Assembly: GCA_024654535.1 (NCBI GenBank)
Contig: JANLHL010000016.1
Location: 160,626 to 224,625, forward strand
Length of the DNA: 64,000 nt
Reading direction: 5' to 3'
Origin: Candidatus Roizmanbacteria bacterium
Lineage (GTDB): Bacteria; Patescibacteriota; Microgenomatia; UBA1406
Each line of letters starts with the position of its first letter. Within the stretch, counting starts at the first letter, position 1. The position numbers were made by a program, and so were the translations under genes. The notes beneath the pieces were generated by a model, which worked only from the letters and a program-made list of their open reading frames with translations, ran no database searches and was not told the origin of the DNA. Shown here one piece after another: positions 47,221 to 54,676 of the stretch.

Positions 47221-48558
47221 TCAATGCGAAATATACATAACTATCACGCCACGATAATCTTGGTATTGCGTAACGGCAAACTCTTTCATGGTATTAATCC
47301 CATAGATATCAGTGGTATAGGGGAAAACGATGAACGTCTTTGGTGCAGTTCGCTTCTGAAGTGTACGGATATCTTTCACCTGAATATCTGGCCTGTAATA
47401 GGTCAGTGCATCCATAGATGAAGGAACGCCATAGACAACCGTATGCGCTGGGATAGCCTGAGCAGCACTTTTCCAGTCTTCACGATGAAAGCGTGGAAAA
47501 CATACGTACAGCCCTGAAAAAAATATAAATCCAAGCACAATGCCGTAGGCACTTTTCTTACCAGATATCCCACTTGCAAGAGAAATACTTATTGGAATGA
47601 GAAGGTATATAAATCGAAAATAAGACAGAAGTGGAGAAAAAAATGAAAATAGTATACCCAACAATAGTGGGATAGTACTTAATACCAGCAATTTCTTCTG
47701 TACTACAAATCCTTTTACTACCATAAACCATACTATTACTCCCCATATGCCACTTAGTAACCAATAGAACCACTTCGGTTCAAAACTTATCCTGCCCACG
47801 ATAAACTTAAGCGGAATAAGTAGGATGTTTTTAATTGTCACAGTCCCCAACACACTGCTCCATGTGGAGACACTTGAAAGTGCAGTTCGGGAATGTATAA
47901 ATTGGGAAATAGTAAGTGGTGAAAGCAACAGTACCATTATTACAGTGCACAATGACACAACAAACAGCGCTCTATATCTTCTACGTAATAGAAGAAGTAA
48001 CAGTATGCCAGACATATAAAAGATAGATCCGTAAAACACTGCAAAACTCGCCGATAATAACAGGCCAAGATATATTTTTGTTTTCAGCTGTGGCATTCGC
48101 TCATCTGCAAAGAAATAATACGTTGCCATCGATAGCAAACATACTGCAAACATATACATGCGTGCTTCCTGACTGTAATAGACAATTAATGGGTTGAACA
48201 AAAATAACGCAGATGCCAATGGTGCCTTTTTTTTATCGACAACATACAGCGCTGTTTTATATATAAAATACCCAGCGACGAGAGAAAAAACAACCGAAGG
48301 TAATCGAAGCGCAATTTCAGAATAACCCGCAATTGTCGTCCATGTTTTCATAAACAAATAATACAATGGCGGATGAAAATCAAACGGTGCAAACTGTCGA
48401 ACGAGCTCAACCAATGTATACTCTTTTACGACTCGAGCAGTTGTCGCCTCGTCCAGCCATACTGACTGATTAAGTCCGATAAGTCGAATAAAAAACGCGC
48501 TGAAGAAAAGAAGTTGGATACGGTATTTTGAAATCAATAAGATAAGGTACTGTTTCAT
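47221..48558 (-). CDS. GT-C membrane glycosyltransferase (GT39, ArnT/PMT_2-like)
   Basis: IGLNQSVWLDEATTARVV (DE loop), polytopic. ATG 48558 preferred, because track start 48624 translates the GTCATTGCGA repeat remnant (MLAMTGG...). Confidence 0.75.
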   Translation of the reverse strand: MKQYLILLISKYRIQLLFFSAFFIRLIGLNQSVWLDEATTARVVKEYTLVELVRQFAPFDFHPPLYYLFMKTWTTIAGYSEIALRLPSVVFSLVAGYFIYKTALYVVDKKKAPLASALFLFNPLIVYYSQEARMYMFAVCLLSMATYYFFADERMPQLKTKIYLGLLLSASFAVFYGSIFYMSGILLLLLLRRRYRALFVVSLCTVIMVLLLSPLTISQFIHSRTALSSVSTWSSVLGTVTIKNILLIPLKFIVGRISFEPKWFYWLLSGIWGVIVWFMVVKGFVVQKKLLVLSTIPLLLGILFSFFSPLLSYFRFIYLLIPISISLASGISGKKSAYGIVLGFIFFSGLYVCFPRFHREDWKSAAQAIPAHTVVYGVPSSMDALTYYRPDIQVKDIRTLQKRTAPKTFIVFPYTTDIYGINTMKEFAVTQYQDYRGVIVMYISH

Positions 48559-48586
48559 TGCTCTATTGTTAAAATCAATTGCTCTT

Positions 48587-48639
48587 TTGTCATTGCGATC
48601 ATTCCCTCCTGTCATTGCGAGCACAAGCGAAGCAATCTC
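48587..48639. repeat. Remnant of the GTCATTGCGAG / GAAGCAATC repeat (half element, no complementary arm)
   Basis: gtcattgcga at 48589-48598 and again at 48611-48620, followed by gcacaagcgaagcaatctc. No heptamer words and no inverted partner nearby. Confidence 0.7.
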
Positions 48640-48640
48640 A

Positions 48641-49771
48641 TCACTTTTTACTTTTTATTTCCGATGTTACTATTGGAGTTTCGACTACTTTGTTGATAAA
48701 AGAGTGCACACCGGACCAAGTATTCATCCCGCTTCTCGGAACGAGAATATACTGCCCGTCATCGGAATATGTATCCTTCAATACATTATCGAGTGATAAA
48801 ACTACTCTTTGTGTCGAATAATCTCTCATAGAAAAAAATTCTTTACCAAACTTCTGCATTTCTGTTAACGCTATATCAGTTTTAACGTGGTTACTTACTT
48901 CATCCAATAAAGGCAACAATTTTGGTACAGAACCGATAGCTAATGCTTTCTTTGCAACCGCTTCCATGAAGAGTTGTTGTCGTGCCGACCTTCCAAAATC
49001 GCTCCCATCTTGCAACGAATGACGTGAGCGTACAAATTTTAAAGCAGTTTCACCATTCATCGTTGTCAAACCTTTATCGAAGTGTAAATGTTCATATCGA
49101 CAGGGAAAAGCCAACTCGGGCGATTCTGTTGCTATTTTTTCTAGTTCAGGCAAATCCTCTGGCTGTTTACCGCATAGATCCGTCTCTTTACCATCAACCG
49201 GATACTCATAATCATCAAAAGTCACGGCAACGTTGACGTCAATACCGCCAAGTAGGTCCACAACTTTAGTAAAACCATCAAAATCTATTGCTACATATCT
49301 ATCAATAGAGAATCCTGTCACACTAGATAAGATTCGTTTCACGAGTTGGGCACCTGGCTGTTCAACTTTTGGAGCAAAAGCAACGTCGGGATAATTCTTT
49401 GTGTATAAACCCATTTGATAGACCGAGTTTATTTTAGAATAATAAGGCTTCTTCGATTTCGTCGGTACCTTTACCCACAGATCGCGGGGTATGGAAATAA
49501 GTTGAGCACTTTTTTCAAGCGTATTAACATGAACAATCATTATAGAGTCGGTGAGAAACGTCCCTTCGTGAACCCCACCGCCATACCCAAGTAACGCAAT
49601 GCTGTATTCTGTTTTTTTTAGGGGCACTTGAGTAACGGTATTTGACGTATATACTTTTGAGTAAATTTTCACGACTCGCGAGAAGACAAAATAAACCAAC
49701 ATACCAATACAAATGGCAAGTACTATAGCCGTTTTTGATAGTAACCTATTTCCTGTCCTTGACGTATACAT
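48641..49771 (-). CDS. LytR-CpsA-Psr (LCP) family cell-envelope glycopolymer transferase
   Basis: N-terminal TM anchor then LLGYGGGVHEGTFLTDSIMIVHVNTLEKSAQLISIPRDLWVKVP (LCP core motif). ATG 49771 preferred over 49828. Confidence 0.85.
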   Translation of the reverse strand: MYTSRTGNRLLSKTAIVLAICIGMLVYFVFSRVVKIYSKVYTSNTVTQVPLKKTEYSIALLGYGGGVHEGTFLTDSIMIVHVNTLEKSAQLISIPRDLWVKVPTKSKKPYYSKINSVYQMGLYTKNYPDVAFAPKVEQPGAQLVKRILSSVTGFSIDRYVAIDFDGFTKVVDLLGGIDVNVAVTFDDYEYPVDGKETDLCGKQPEDLPELEKIATESPELAFPCRYEHLHFDKGLTTMNGETALKFVRSRHSLQDGSDFGRSARQQLFMEAVAKKALAIGSVPKLLPLLDEVSNHVKTDIALTEMQKFGKEFFSMRDYSTQRVVLSLDNVLKDTYSDDGQYILVPRSGMNTWSGVHSFINKVVETPIVTSEIKSKK

Positions 49772-50108
49772 TGAGTATTTTATCGAGCTTACCACTAAAG
49801 GCTCGCTCCAAATCGACACGCATAACATTTGCCAGGGTCATAACCGCAAGTAAAACATCGGCAAACTCCTCATACATATTGAGCTTGCTGAATGCATTCA
49901 ATTTTGATTTCCTTTGTAACGAAAGCGTAGCCAATATATCGTTTGATAATTCTCCGACCTCTTCTGAAAGTTTCACCGTTTTAACTAAGATATCTTTTTC
50001 TCGTTTCGTTAGCGTTGAAAAAGTAATACGCATATCTTTTTCTTTACTTTTCAATACGGTTTGCAATTCTCTCAGACTATATCCGCGTAAGGATTTTTCT
50101 TCAGCCAT
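49746..50108 (-). CDS. MazG-like nucleotide pyrophosphohydrolase (small all-alpha NTP-PPase)
   Basis: 120 aa. LSEEVGELSNDIL ... EEFADVLLAVMTLANVMRVDLE is the EExxE...ExxD pattern of the MazG family. Confidence 0.7.
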   Translation of the reverse strand: MAEEKSLRGYSLRELQTVLKSKEKDMRITFSTLTKREKDILVKTVKLSEEVGELSNDILATLSLQRKSKLNAFSKLNMYEEFADVLLAVMTLANVMRVDLERAFSGKLDKILNVYVKDRK

Positions 50109-51102
50109 TTGATTTTTGAATGTTTTTGAGTCTTTTTAAATCTGCTTCAACCATTATTGAGACTAAAGATATAAAAGATGTCTTAGGTTTCCACTTGAGT
50201 ACTGTATGTGCTTTATCAGCTCTACCTCTCAGCGCTGGTACTTCTGCTGGGCGTTTAAAGCGAGGATCTATCTTCACATACTTTTCCCAGTCGGTAATTC
50301 CTACAGTCTTAAAGGCTTCAATAACAAACTCTCTAACAGAATGTGTTTGTCCTGTAGCAACTATATAATCATCCGGCTTTTCCTGCTGCAACATTGCATA
50401 CATTGCCTCAACATAGTCTCCGGCAAATCCCCAGTCACGTTTGCTCTCTAAATTTCCCAATCGAAGCTCCTTGGCCATCCCCAGTTTTATACGCGCAACA
50501 CCATCTGCAATTTTTCGTGTTACAAACTGTATACCTCGGATAGGGGACTCGTGGTTGAATAATATTCCATTCGAAGCGTACATATTGTATGACTCGCGAA
50601 AATTTACTGTCATCCAATACGCGTATACTTTTGAAATACCATATGGGCTTCGTGGATGAAAAGGAGTATCTTCACCCTGAAAACCATCCGTGTGTGACAA
50701 ACCATACATTTCGCTTGTTGATGCTTGATAAAAACGCGTTGATGGAGAAAAAAACTTAAGAGCCGTTAACAAACTCAGCACGCCAAGTGCATTTATTTCT
50801 GTTGTTACTTTCGCCTGATCCCATGAGTTACCAACAAATGACTGTGCAGCTAGATTATAGACCTCATTCGGATATATATTTTTTATAATACTTATGAGTG
50901 AAGCCTCGTCGGTCATATCACCTTCAACATACTCTATCTCGTTATGTATCCCAAGATACTCTATGTTGGAGTAGTCCGGTGTCGAATGCCTGCGGATCAT
51001 ACCGTACACTTTGTAGCCTTTTTCGAGCAACAATTTTGCTAAATAAGGTCCATCTTGACCCATGATTCCGGTAACTAATGCCGACTTACTCATACTATTC
51101 AA
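50101..51102 (-). CDS. gmd: GDP-mannose 4,6-dehydratase
   Basis: ALVTGIMGQDGPYLAKLLLEKGYKVYGMIRR and SPYGISKVYAYWMTVNFRESYNMYASNGILFNHESPIRG closely match canonical Gmd motifs. Confidence 0.9.
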   Translation of the reverse strand: MNSMSKSALVTGIMGQDGPYLAKLLLEKGYKVYGMIRRHSTPDYSNIEYLGIHNEIEYVEGDMTDEASLISIIKNIYPNEVYNLAAQSFVGNSWDQAKVTTEINALGVLSLLTALKFFSPSTRFYQASTSEMYGLSHTDGFQGEDTPFHPRSPYGISKVYAYWMTVNFRESYNMYASNGILFNHESPIRGIQFVTRKIADGVARIKLGMAKELRLGNLESKRDWGFAGDYVEAMYAMLQQEKPDDYIVATGQTHSVREFVIEAFKTVGITDWEKYVKIDPRFKRPAEVPALRGRADKAHTVLKWKPKTSFISLVSIMVEADLKRLKNIQKSNG

Positions 51103-52081
51103 AATAAATTTGTAATGCTTTTAATACCTCCAACTCTTTTCTCAAAAACCGTGCCTGAAACGACTTAGGCAACGTACTCATCATAACAAGAGCATCTTTT
51201 CGCAAATCAGATGCATCACGTACTGATTCTACTATATTACCTACATTTAACCCAATTGTTTTGATTGTACCAAGTTTTGCCATACGAGCCAATTGCAATT
51301 GAGGATACAGACTGCGCACGTCGATGCGCGTAGATATCAATAAAGGCTCACGAGTCAATATACTAAGCACAAATCGGATGCAGTTCTTAATTGCAATTAA
51401 GCACAGGATACGCATAAATACTAACTTTGAAGCCCCGGTTCGTGGACGGGGAATTTTGAATACGTTGTACCAAAATAAGTGAAGAGGCCGCGGAAACCAC
51501 GAGAGAGTTCGTTCAGAAACATCAATAAATGCAAGATCGTCACCCATAAATTCATACCCATCGACTATGCACGCATTCAGTGCAGATGTCGTTTTTCCTG
51601 CACCTCCATGACCTGCATAAGCCGTTACAATACCTTTTTTACTTATCGAAGAAGCGTGGAGTAAGTACTTTTTTGAAAAAACCATACAAATATAGAGTAG
51701 TGGCTCAAGTACATTCGTCTGTATAAAAGGGCCCACTGCATTCATATAGAAAGTGCTCAAAAAATGGCGCTTGATGTACAAACGTACCGGTTCTTTCCCA
51801 TTTGATTTCGTATATGCTCCAAAGTCGAGCAAGTACTCAAACCAAAACAGCTTTTTGAAATGAACTCTTCTATAGACACAAAGTCTATCTTTTTGTTTTG
51901 CCGTTCCTAAAGAGTCAACAATAGCACAGACAATAAGTGGCATATTGTTTTCCTTTTTTTTGGCAAACCAATACTCTTTGTCAAAATAGCGAATGTACTC
52001 TTTCCAGTGGGAGGTTAGCGCTATTGCAACATTCAATTTCTGCCCACGGATAGGATTCATAAATTCGTAGTATCGTTTCAT
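51095..52081 (-). CDS. Hypothetical P-loop protein, HprK-related-kinase-like (second paralogue)
   Basis: LLHASSISKKGIVTAYAGHGGAGKTTSALNACIVDGYEFMGDDLAFID follows the HprK C-terminal pattern. Same architecture as ORF 9520..10395. Confidence 0.4.
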   Translation of the reverse strand: MKRYYEFMNPIRGQKLNVAIALTSHWKEYIRYFDKEYWFAKKKENNMPLIVCAIVDSLGTAKQKDRLCVYRRVHFKKLFWFEYLLDFGAYTKSNGKEPVRLYIKRHFLSTFYMNAVGPFIQTNVLEPLLYICMVFSKKYLLHASSISKKGIVTAYAGHGGAGKTTSALNACIVDGYEFMGDDLAFIDVSERTLSWFPRPLHLFWYNVFKIPRPRTGASKLVFMRILCLIAIKNCIRFVLSILTREPLLISTRIDVRSLYPQLQLARMAKLGTIKTIGLNVGNIVESVRDASDLRKDALVMMSTLPKSFQARFLRKELEVLKALQIYFE

Positions 52082-52109
52082 AGAAATTTAAATTTTTCCT
52101 TTTTCTCTT

Positions 52110-53291
52110 TTAATAATGTATTAATTCAATATATTCTTTGATCAACCGATCCCATCTATACCGTGCTAGTGTTATTCGCTTATTAGTCGTTGTATGTAAG
52201 CAACCACGCAGTATTGTAGCAAACTCATCAACATTTGCGGGATTTTTTATTAACTGTACCTGTTTTTTTATTGTATTCCATTCAGGAAGTAATTCTATAT
52301 TCGTATCCCTGCTTGCAACTACGCCTGTCCCTGCAACTAGAGCTTCTAATAATACCACCGGTAAACCCTCAAAGTCACCTTTCGCTACCAAAGAGGGGAG
52401 TACCACATATCGAGTCTTGCCTAGTAAAACTTCTTTTTCGCGTGATTGAACAAACCCTACGTATTCTGCATTTTTTACTTGGGCGATGCGGCGTACATAG
52501 TGTTCATTCTGAGGCCCTCCAGCGATGGCGACTGTTGGAAACTGGCCGTGTTTATTCAAGTTAAGAAGTGCGTCGAGGAAAAAGTCGAGCCCTTTTTTAG
52601 CAACAAAGCGGCCAATAAAGGCAAAATCATAACGAATAGAACTGCCTATTGGCACTTCAATCGAGACACCCATCGGCATGGTATATACCTCGGGCTTTTT
52701 CGCTTTCATATTCAATACGATAGAATTAATCTCTTCAGTAAGTTTTGTATTAACACAAAAAATAATGTCTGCGCAGCTTACCAGCGCGCGTAGTATGACT
52801 AGGCCAAATAGGGGTATTTTTTTGAGCAACGCAACGTCTGAAGAGTGGTTATGAATAACAAATCGTAAACGCTTCGAGCTGTATAGCTTGTGAATCATTA
52901 GCACTATATATGCGCTTATTCCCTGCGGTACAAACCAATGTGCGTAGAGAGTATCTATGCGTTCAGTACGCAACAAATTTAAGATGGAGAATATTTGCGA
53001 AACAATATAAAAAGGAATAAGTGCGATGAGTAAAAAGTTTGCACGAATATTTGGCAAAAGAGCCGGGTAGGCAAGCTTTTCAAAAAACGTTGGAAACATA
53101 TAACGGAAACGGTGCACCACAACGCCATCTATTATCTCAAATGTTTTTGCTCCTCTGTCGTGTGGCGCAAGGATATGGACGTTATCTGTGGGTTGAGCTT
53201 TCTTCCACGCCACTGCCTGTTCAAGTACAAACGGCGACTGTGTATCGTTCTTAAAGCGGGGAAAGGTAGAGGTAAGAAATAATATATTCAT
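52110..53291 (-). CDS. GT4-family glycosyltransferase
   Basis: MNILFLTSTFPRFKNDTQSPFVLEQ and C-terminal PSLVAKGDFEGLPVVLLEALVAGTGVVAS (E-x7-E). Confidence 0.85.
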   Translation of the reverse strand: MNILFLTSTFPRFKNDTQSPFVLEQAVAWKKAQPTDNVHILAPHDRGAKTFEIIDGVVVHRFRYMFPTFFEKLAYPALLPNIRANFLLIALIPFYIVSQIFSILNLLRTERIDTLYAHWFVPQGISAYIVLMIHKLYSSKRLRFVIHNHSSDVALLKKIPLFGLVILRALVSCADIIFCVNTKLTEEINSIVLNMKAKKPEVYTMPMGVSIEVPIGSSIRYDFAFIGRFVAKKGLDFFLDALLNLNKHGQFPTVAIAGGPQNEHYVRRIAQVKNAEYVGFVQSREKEVLLGKTRYVVLPSLVAKGDFEGLPVVLLEALVAGTGVVASRDTNIELLPEWNTIKKQVQLIKNPANVDEFATILRGCLHTTTNKRITLARYRWDRLIKEYIELIHY

Positions 53292-53306
53292 ATATAAGTT
53301 GCATAT

Positions 53307-53382
53307 TGAGCGAGAATATCTATTTTGAGCATATGTCGTGGGTCCCTTTGGGTGACGACGCGAAAAATAGATATCGAGCTCA
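53307..53382 (-). other. Long intercistronic hairpin between two co-directional genes
   Basis: atatctatttt (53316-53326) pairs perfectly with aaaatagatat (53364-53374). The stem is extended imperfectly by tgagcgag / cgagctca. Inner small stem gtcgt (53335-53339) / acgac (53355-53359). No U-tract. Confidence 0.5.
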
Positions 53383-53399
53383 AAGTTACAATACTAAAA

Positions 53400-54305
53400 C
53401 TACTTACTCTGTTTTTTTGCATATATCTTCATAAAATACCAACTGATTCCAAAAACCACAATATCACGAATAAGCGTCAAGACCCTTTGTACGAGTGATA
53501 GTGAAAATCCTAGTATAAACGCTTTTTCTATATTTTCCAAAAAAATGCCGAGTAAATATTCGCGTATACCCAAACCCGACGGCGCTGGTAAAAATAGAAA
53601 ACCACCAATCCAACTTATGACATAGCTTGCGCTTACGTACAAAAATTGACCGATAGTAAAGTGAACAGTATTATAAGCATAGAGAAGCAACGCAAAAGAA
53701 AAACCGGTGACAACCCAGAATGCTAGATTGTAGAAAGCTAGACGTACAAAAGATGAAATTGAATAGACATAGAAAAATGGGTAGCGACGCAATATATAAA
53801 ACGAAAGAACGCCACCAATAACAACTACCAAACATGCCCATACATACGAAAGAGGAGTGGGCAGAAAAATTGCGACGAGCGGTGCAGCCATAAATGGACC
53901 AAAGAAAATAAGACCAAACACTATACGCCAAAACATCTCGACAAAAATAAGCTTTGTCGATCGCAGTAGTGAAGCTTGGCTATTTTTATTTAACATAACC
54001 ACTGCGTCCAACTGATTCCATATGCCACCAGGTACATATTTCAAGAGTCCGTTGTGTGCCAAAATATACAATTGAGTAGGAGAATCTATTACAAGTTTGA
54101 GGCTTTTTACAAGAACCTCTCTGCTCTTATATTGAAACCAAAAGGACGGAAATAGCAAAAAAAGTGATAGGCCAAGCAACATTGGATTCTTTACGTTAAA
54201 AAAGCTGACGATACTATTTTTATTTGCATACAAAAAGTATGCTATAAAAGCCCACGTTACAATAAAAAAAACCGACTGGGCATATTTTAATACGCTCTTA
54301 AGCAT
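53400..54305 (-). CDS. Membrane protein with lysyl-PG-synthase-TM / flippase-like domain (UPF0104-type)
   Basis: About 8 TM helices. FLPAPSGLGIREYLLGIFL resembles the conserved P-G-G-x-G-x-x-E motif of that family. ATG 54305 preferred, because track start 54434 translates the array. TATACT (rc 54312-54317) 6 nt upstream. Confidence 0.55.
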   Translation of the reverse strand: MLKSVLKYAQSVFFIVTWAFIAYFLYANKNSIVSFFNVKNPMLLGLSLFLLFPSFWFQYKSREVLVKSLKLVIDSPTQLYILAHNGLLKYVPGGIWNQLDAVVMLNKNSQASLLRSTKLIFVEMFWRIVFGLIFFGPFMAAPLVAIFLPTPLSYVWACLVVVIGGVLSFYILRRYPFFYVYSISSFVRLAFYNLAFWVVTGFSFALLLYAYNTVHFTIGQFLYVSASYVISWIGGFLFLPAPSGLGIREYLLGIFLENIEKAFILGFSLSLVQRVLTLIRDIVVFGISWYFMKIYAKKQSK

Positions 54306-54342
54306 ATAAATAGTATACAGCCCTGGACCATATGGTGCAGGG

Positions 54343-54476
54343 AATATCCAATAGCAAATAAAGTCCCAATTCCCAATGTCAAAGGTCAAATGACAAATGT
54401 CAGAATTGGACATTGGAACTTTGTCATTTGTCATTCGTCATTCGTCATTCATTTGACATTGGATATTGGATATTGG
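54343..54476. repeat. Palindromic heptamer element C (reverse half then forward half, no core)
   Basis: 54343-54404 holds reverse words (aatatccaatagcaaataaagtcccaattcccaatgtcaaaggtcaaatgacaaatgtcag). 54405-54476 holds forward words, including the exact 7-nt register TTTGTCA TTTGTCA TTCGTCA TTCGTCA TTC (54421-54450) and TTGGATA TTGGATA. Confidence 0.9.
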
Positions 54477-54482
54477 AAACTT

Positions 54483-54498
54483 ACCTGCGCAAGCAGGT
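54483..54498. repeat. Minimal CCTGC/GCAGG hairpin with GCAA (GNRA) loop
   Basis: acctgc-gcaa-gcaggt is a perfect 6-bp stem. It has the same stem words as the CCTGCC...GGCAGG cores at 12500, 37175 and 44464. Confidence 0.7.
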
Positions 54499-54525
54499 TG
54501 GATACTTCTACCCTCCACATTCCTC

Positions 54526-54555
54526 TTGACAATACCTTGAGAGATGATCCATACT
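54526..54555 (+). promoter_or_regulatory. Candidate promoter TTGACA-18-CATACT
   Basis: TTGACA 54526-54531, 18-nt spacer, CATACT 54550-54555. Same hexamer pair as the rSAM promoter at 12608. It would start a roughly 170-nt leader ending at the 54729 terminator. Confidence 0.4.
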
Positions 54556-54604
54556 GTAATCTCTTGCAATTCTAGTAGTATAAATAGTAAAATATATAAC
54601 TAAT

Positions 54605-54676
54605 ATGTATAAAGACGTTTTGAGAACCGTTATTTTCAGCATCCTCCTCCTTGCAAAAGCGAGGGCGGATGTTTGA
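54605..54676 (+). CDS. Candidate 23-codon leader peptide MYKDVLRTVIFSILLLAKARADV
   Basis: ATG 54605 to TGA 54674-54676. The Ile-Leu-Leu-Leu run (54641-54652) lies on attenuator segment A. The ORF ends just after segment B. TATATA 54593-54598 lies 6 nt upstream. Too short for the ORF track. Confidence 0.3.
   Translation: MYKDVLRTVIFSILLLAKARADV

Noticed and set aside
5208-54476. Heptamer arrays as CRISPR arrays
   Set aside because: The period is about 7 nt with no 25-40 nt unique spacers. There is no repeat of CRISPR length and no cas genes in the window.
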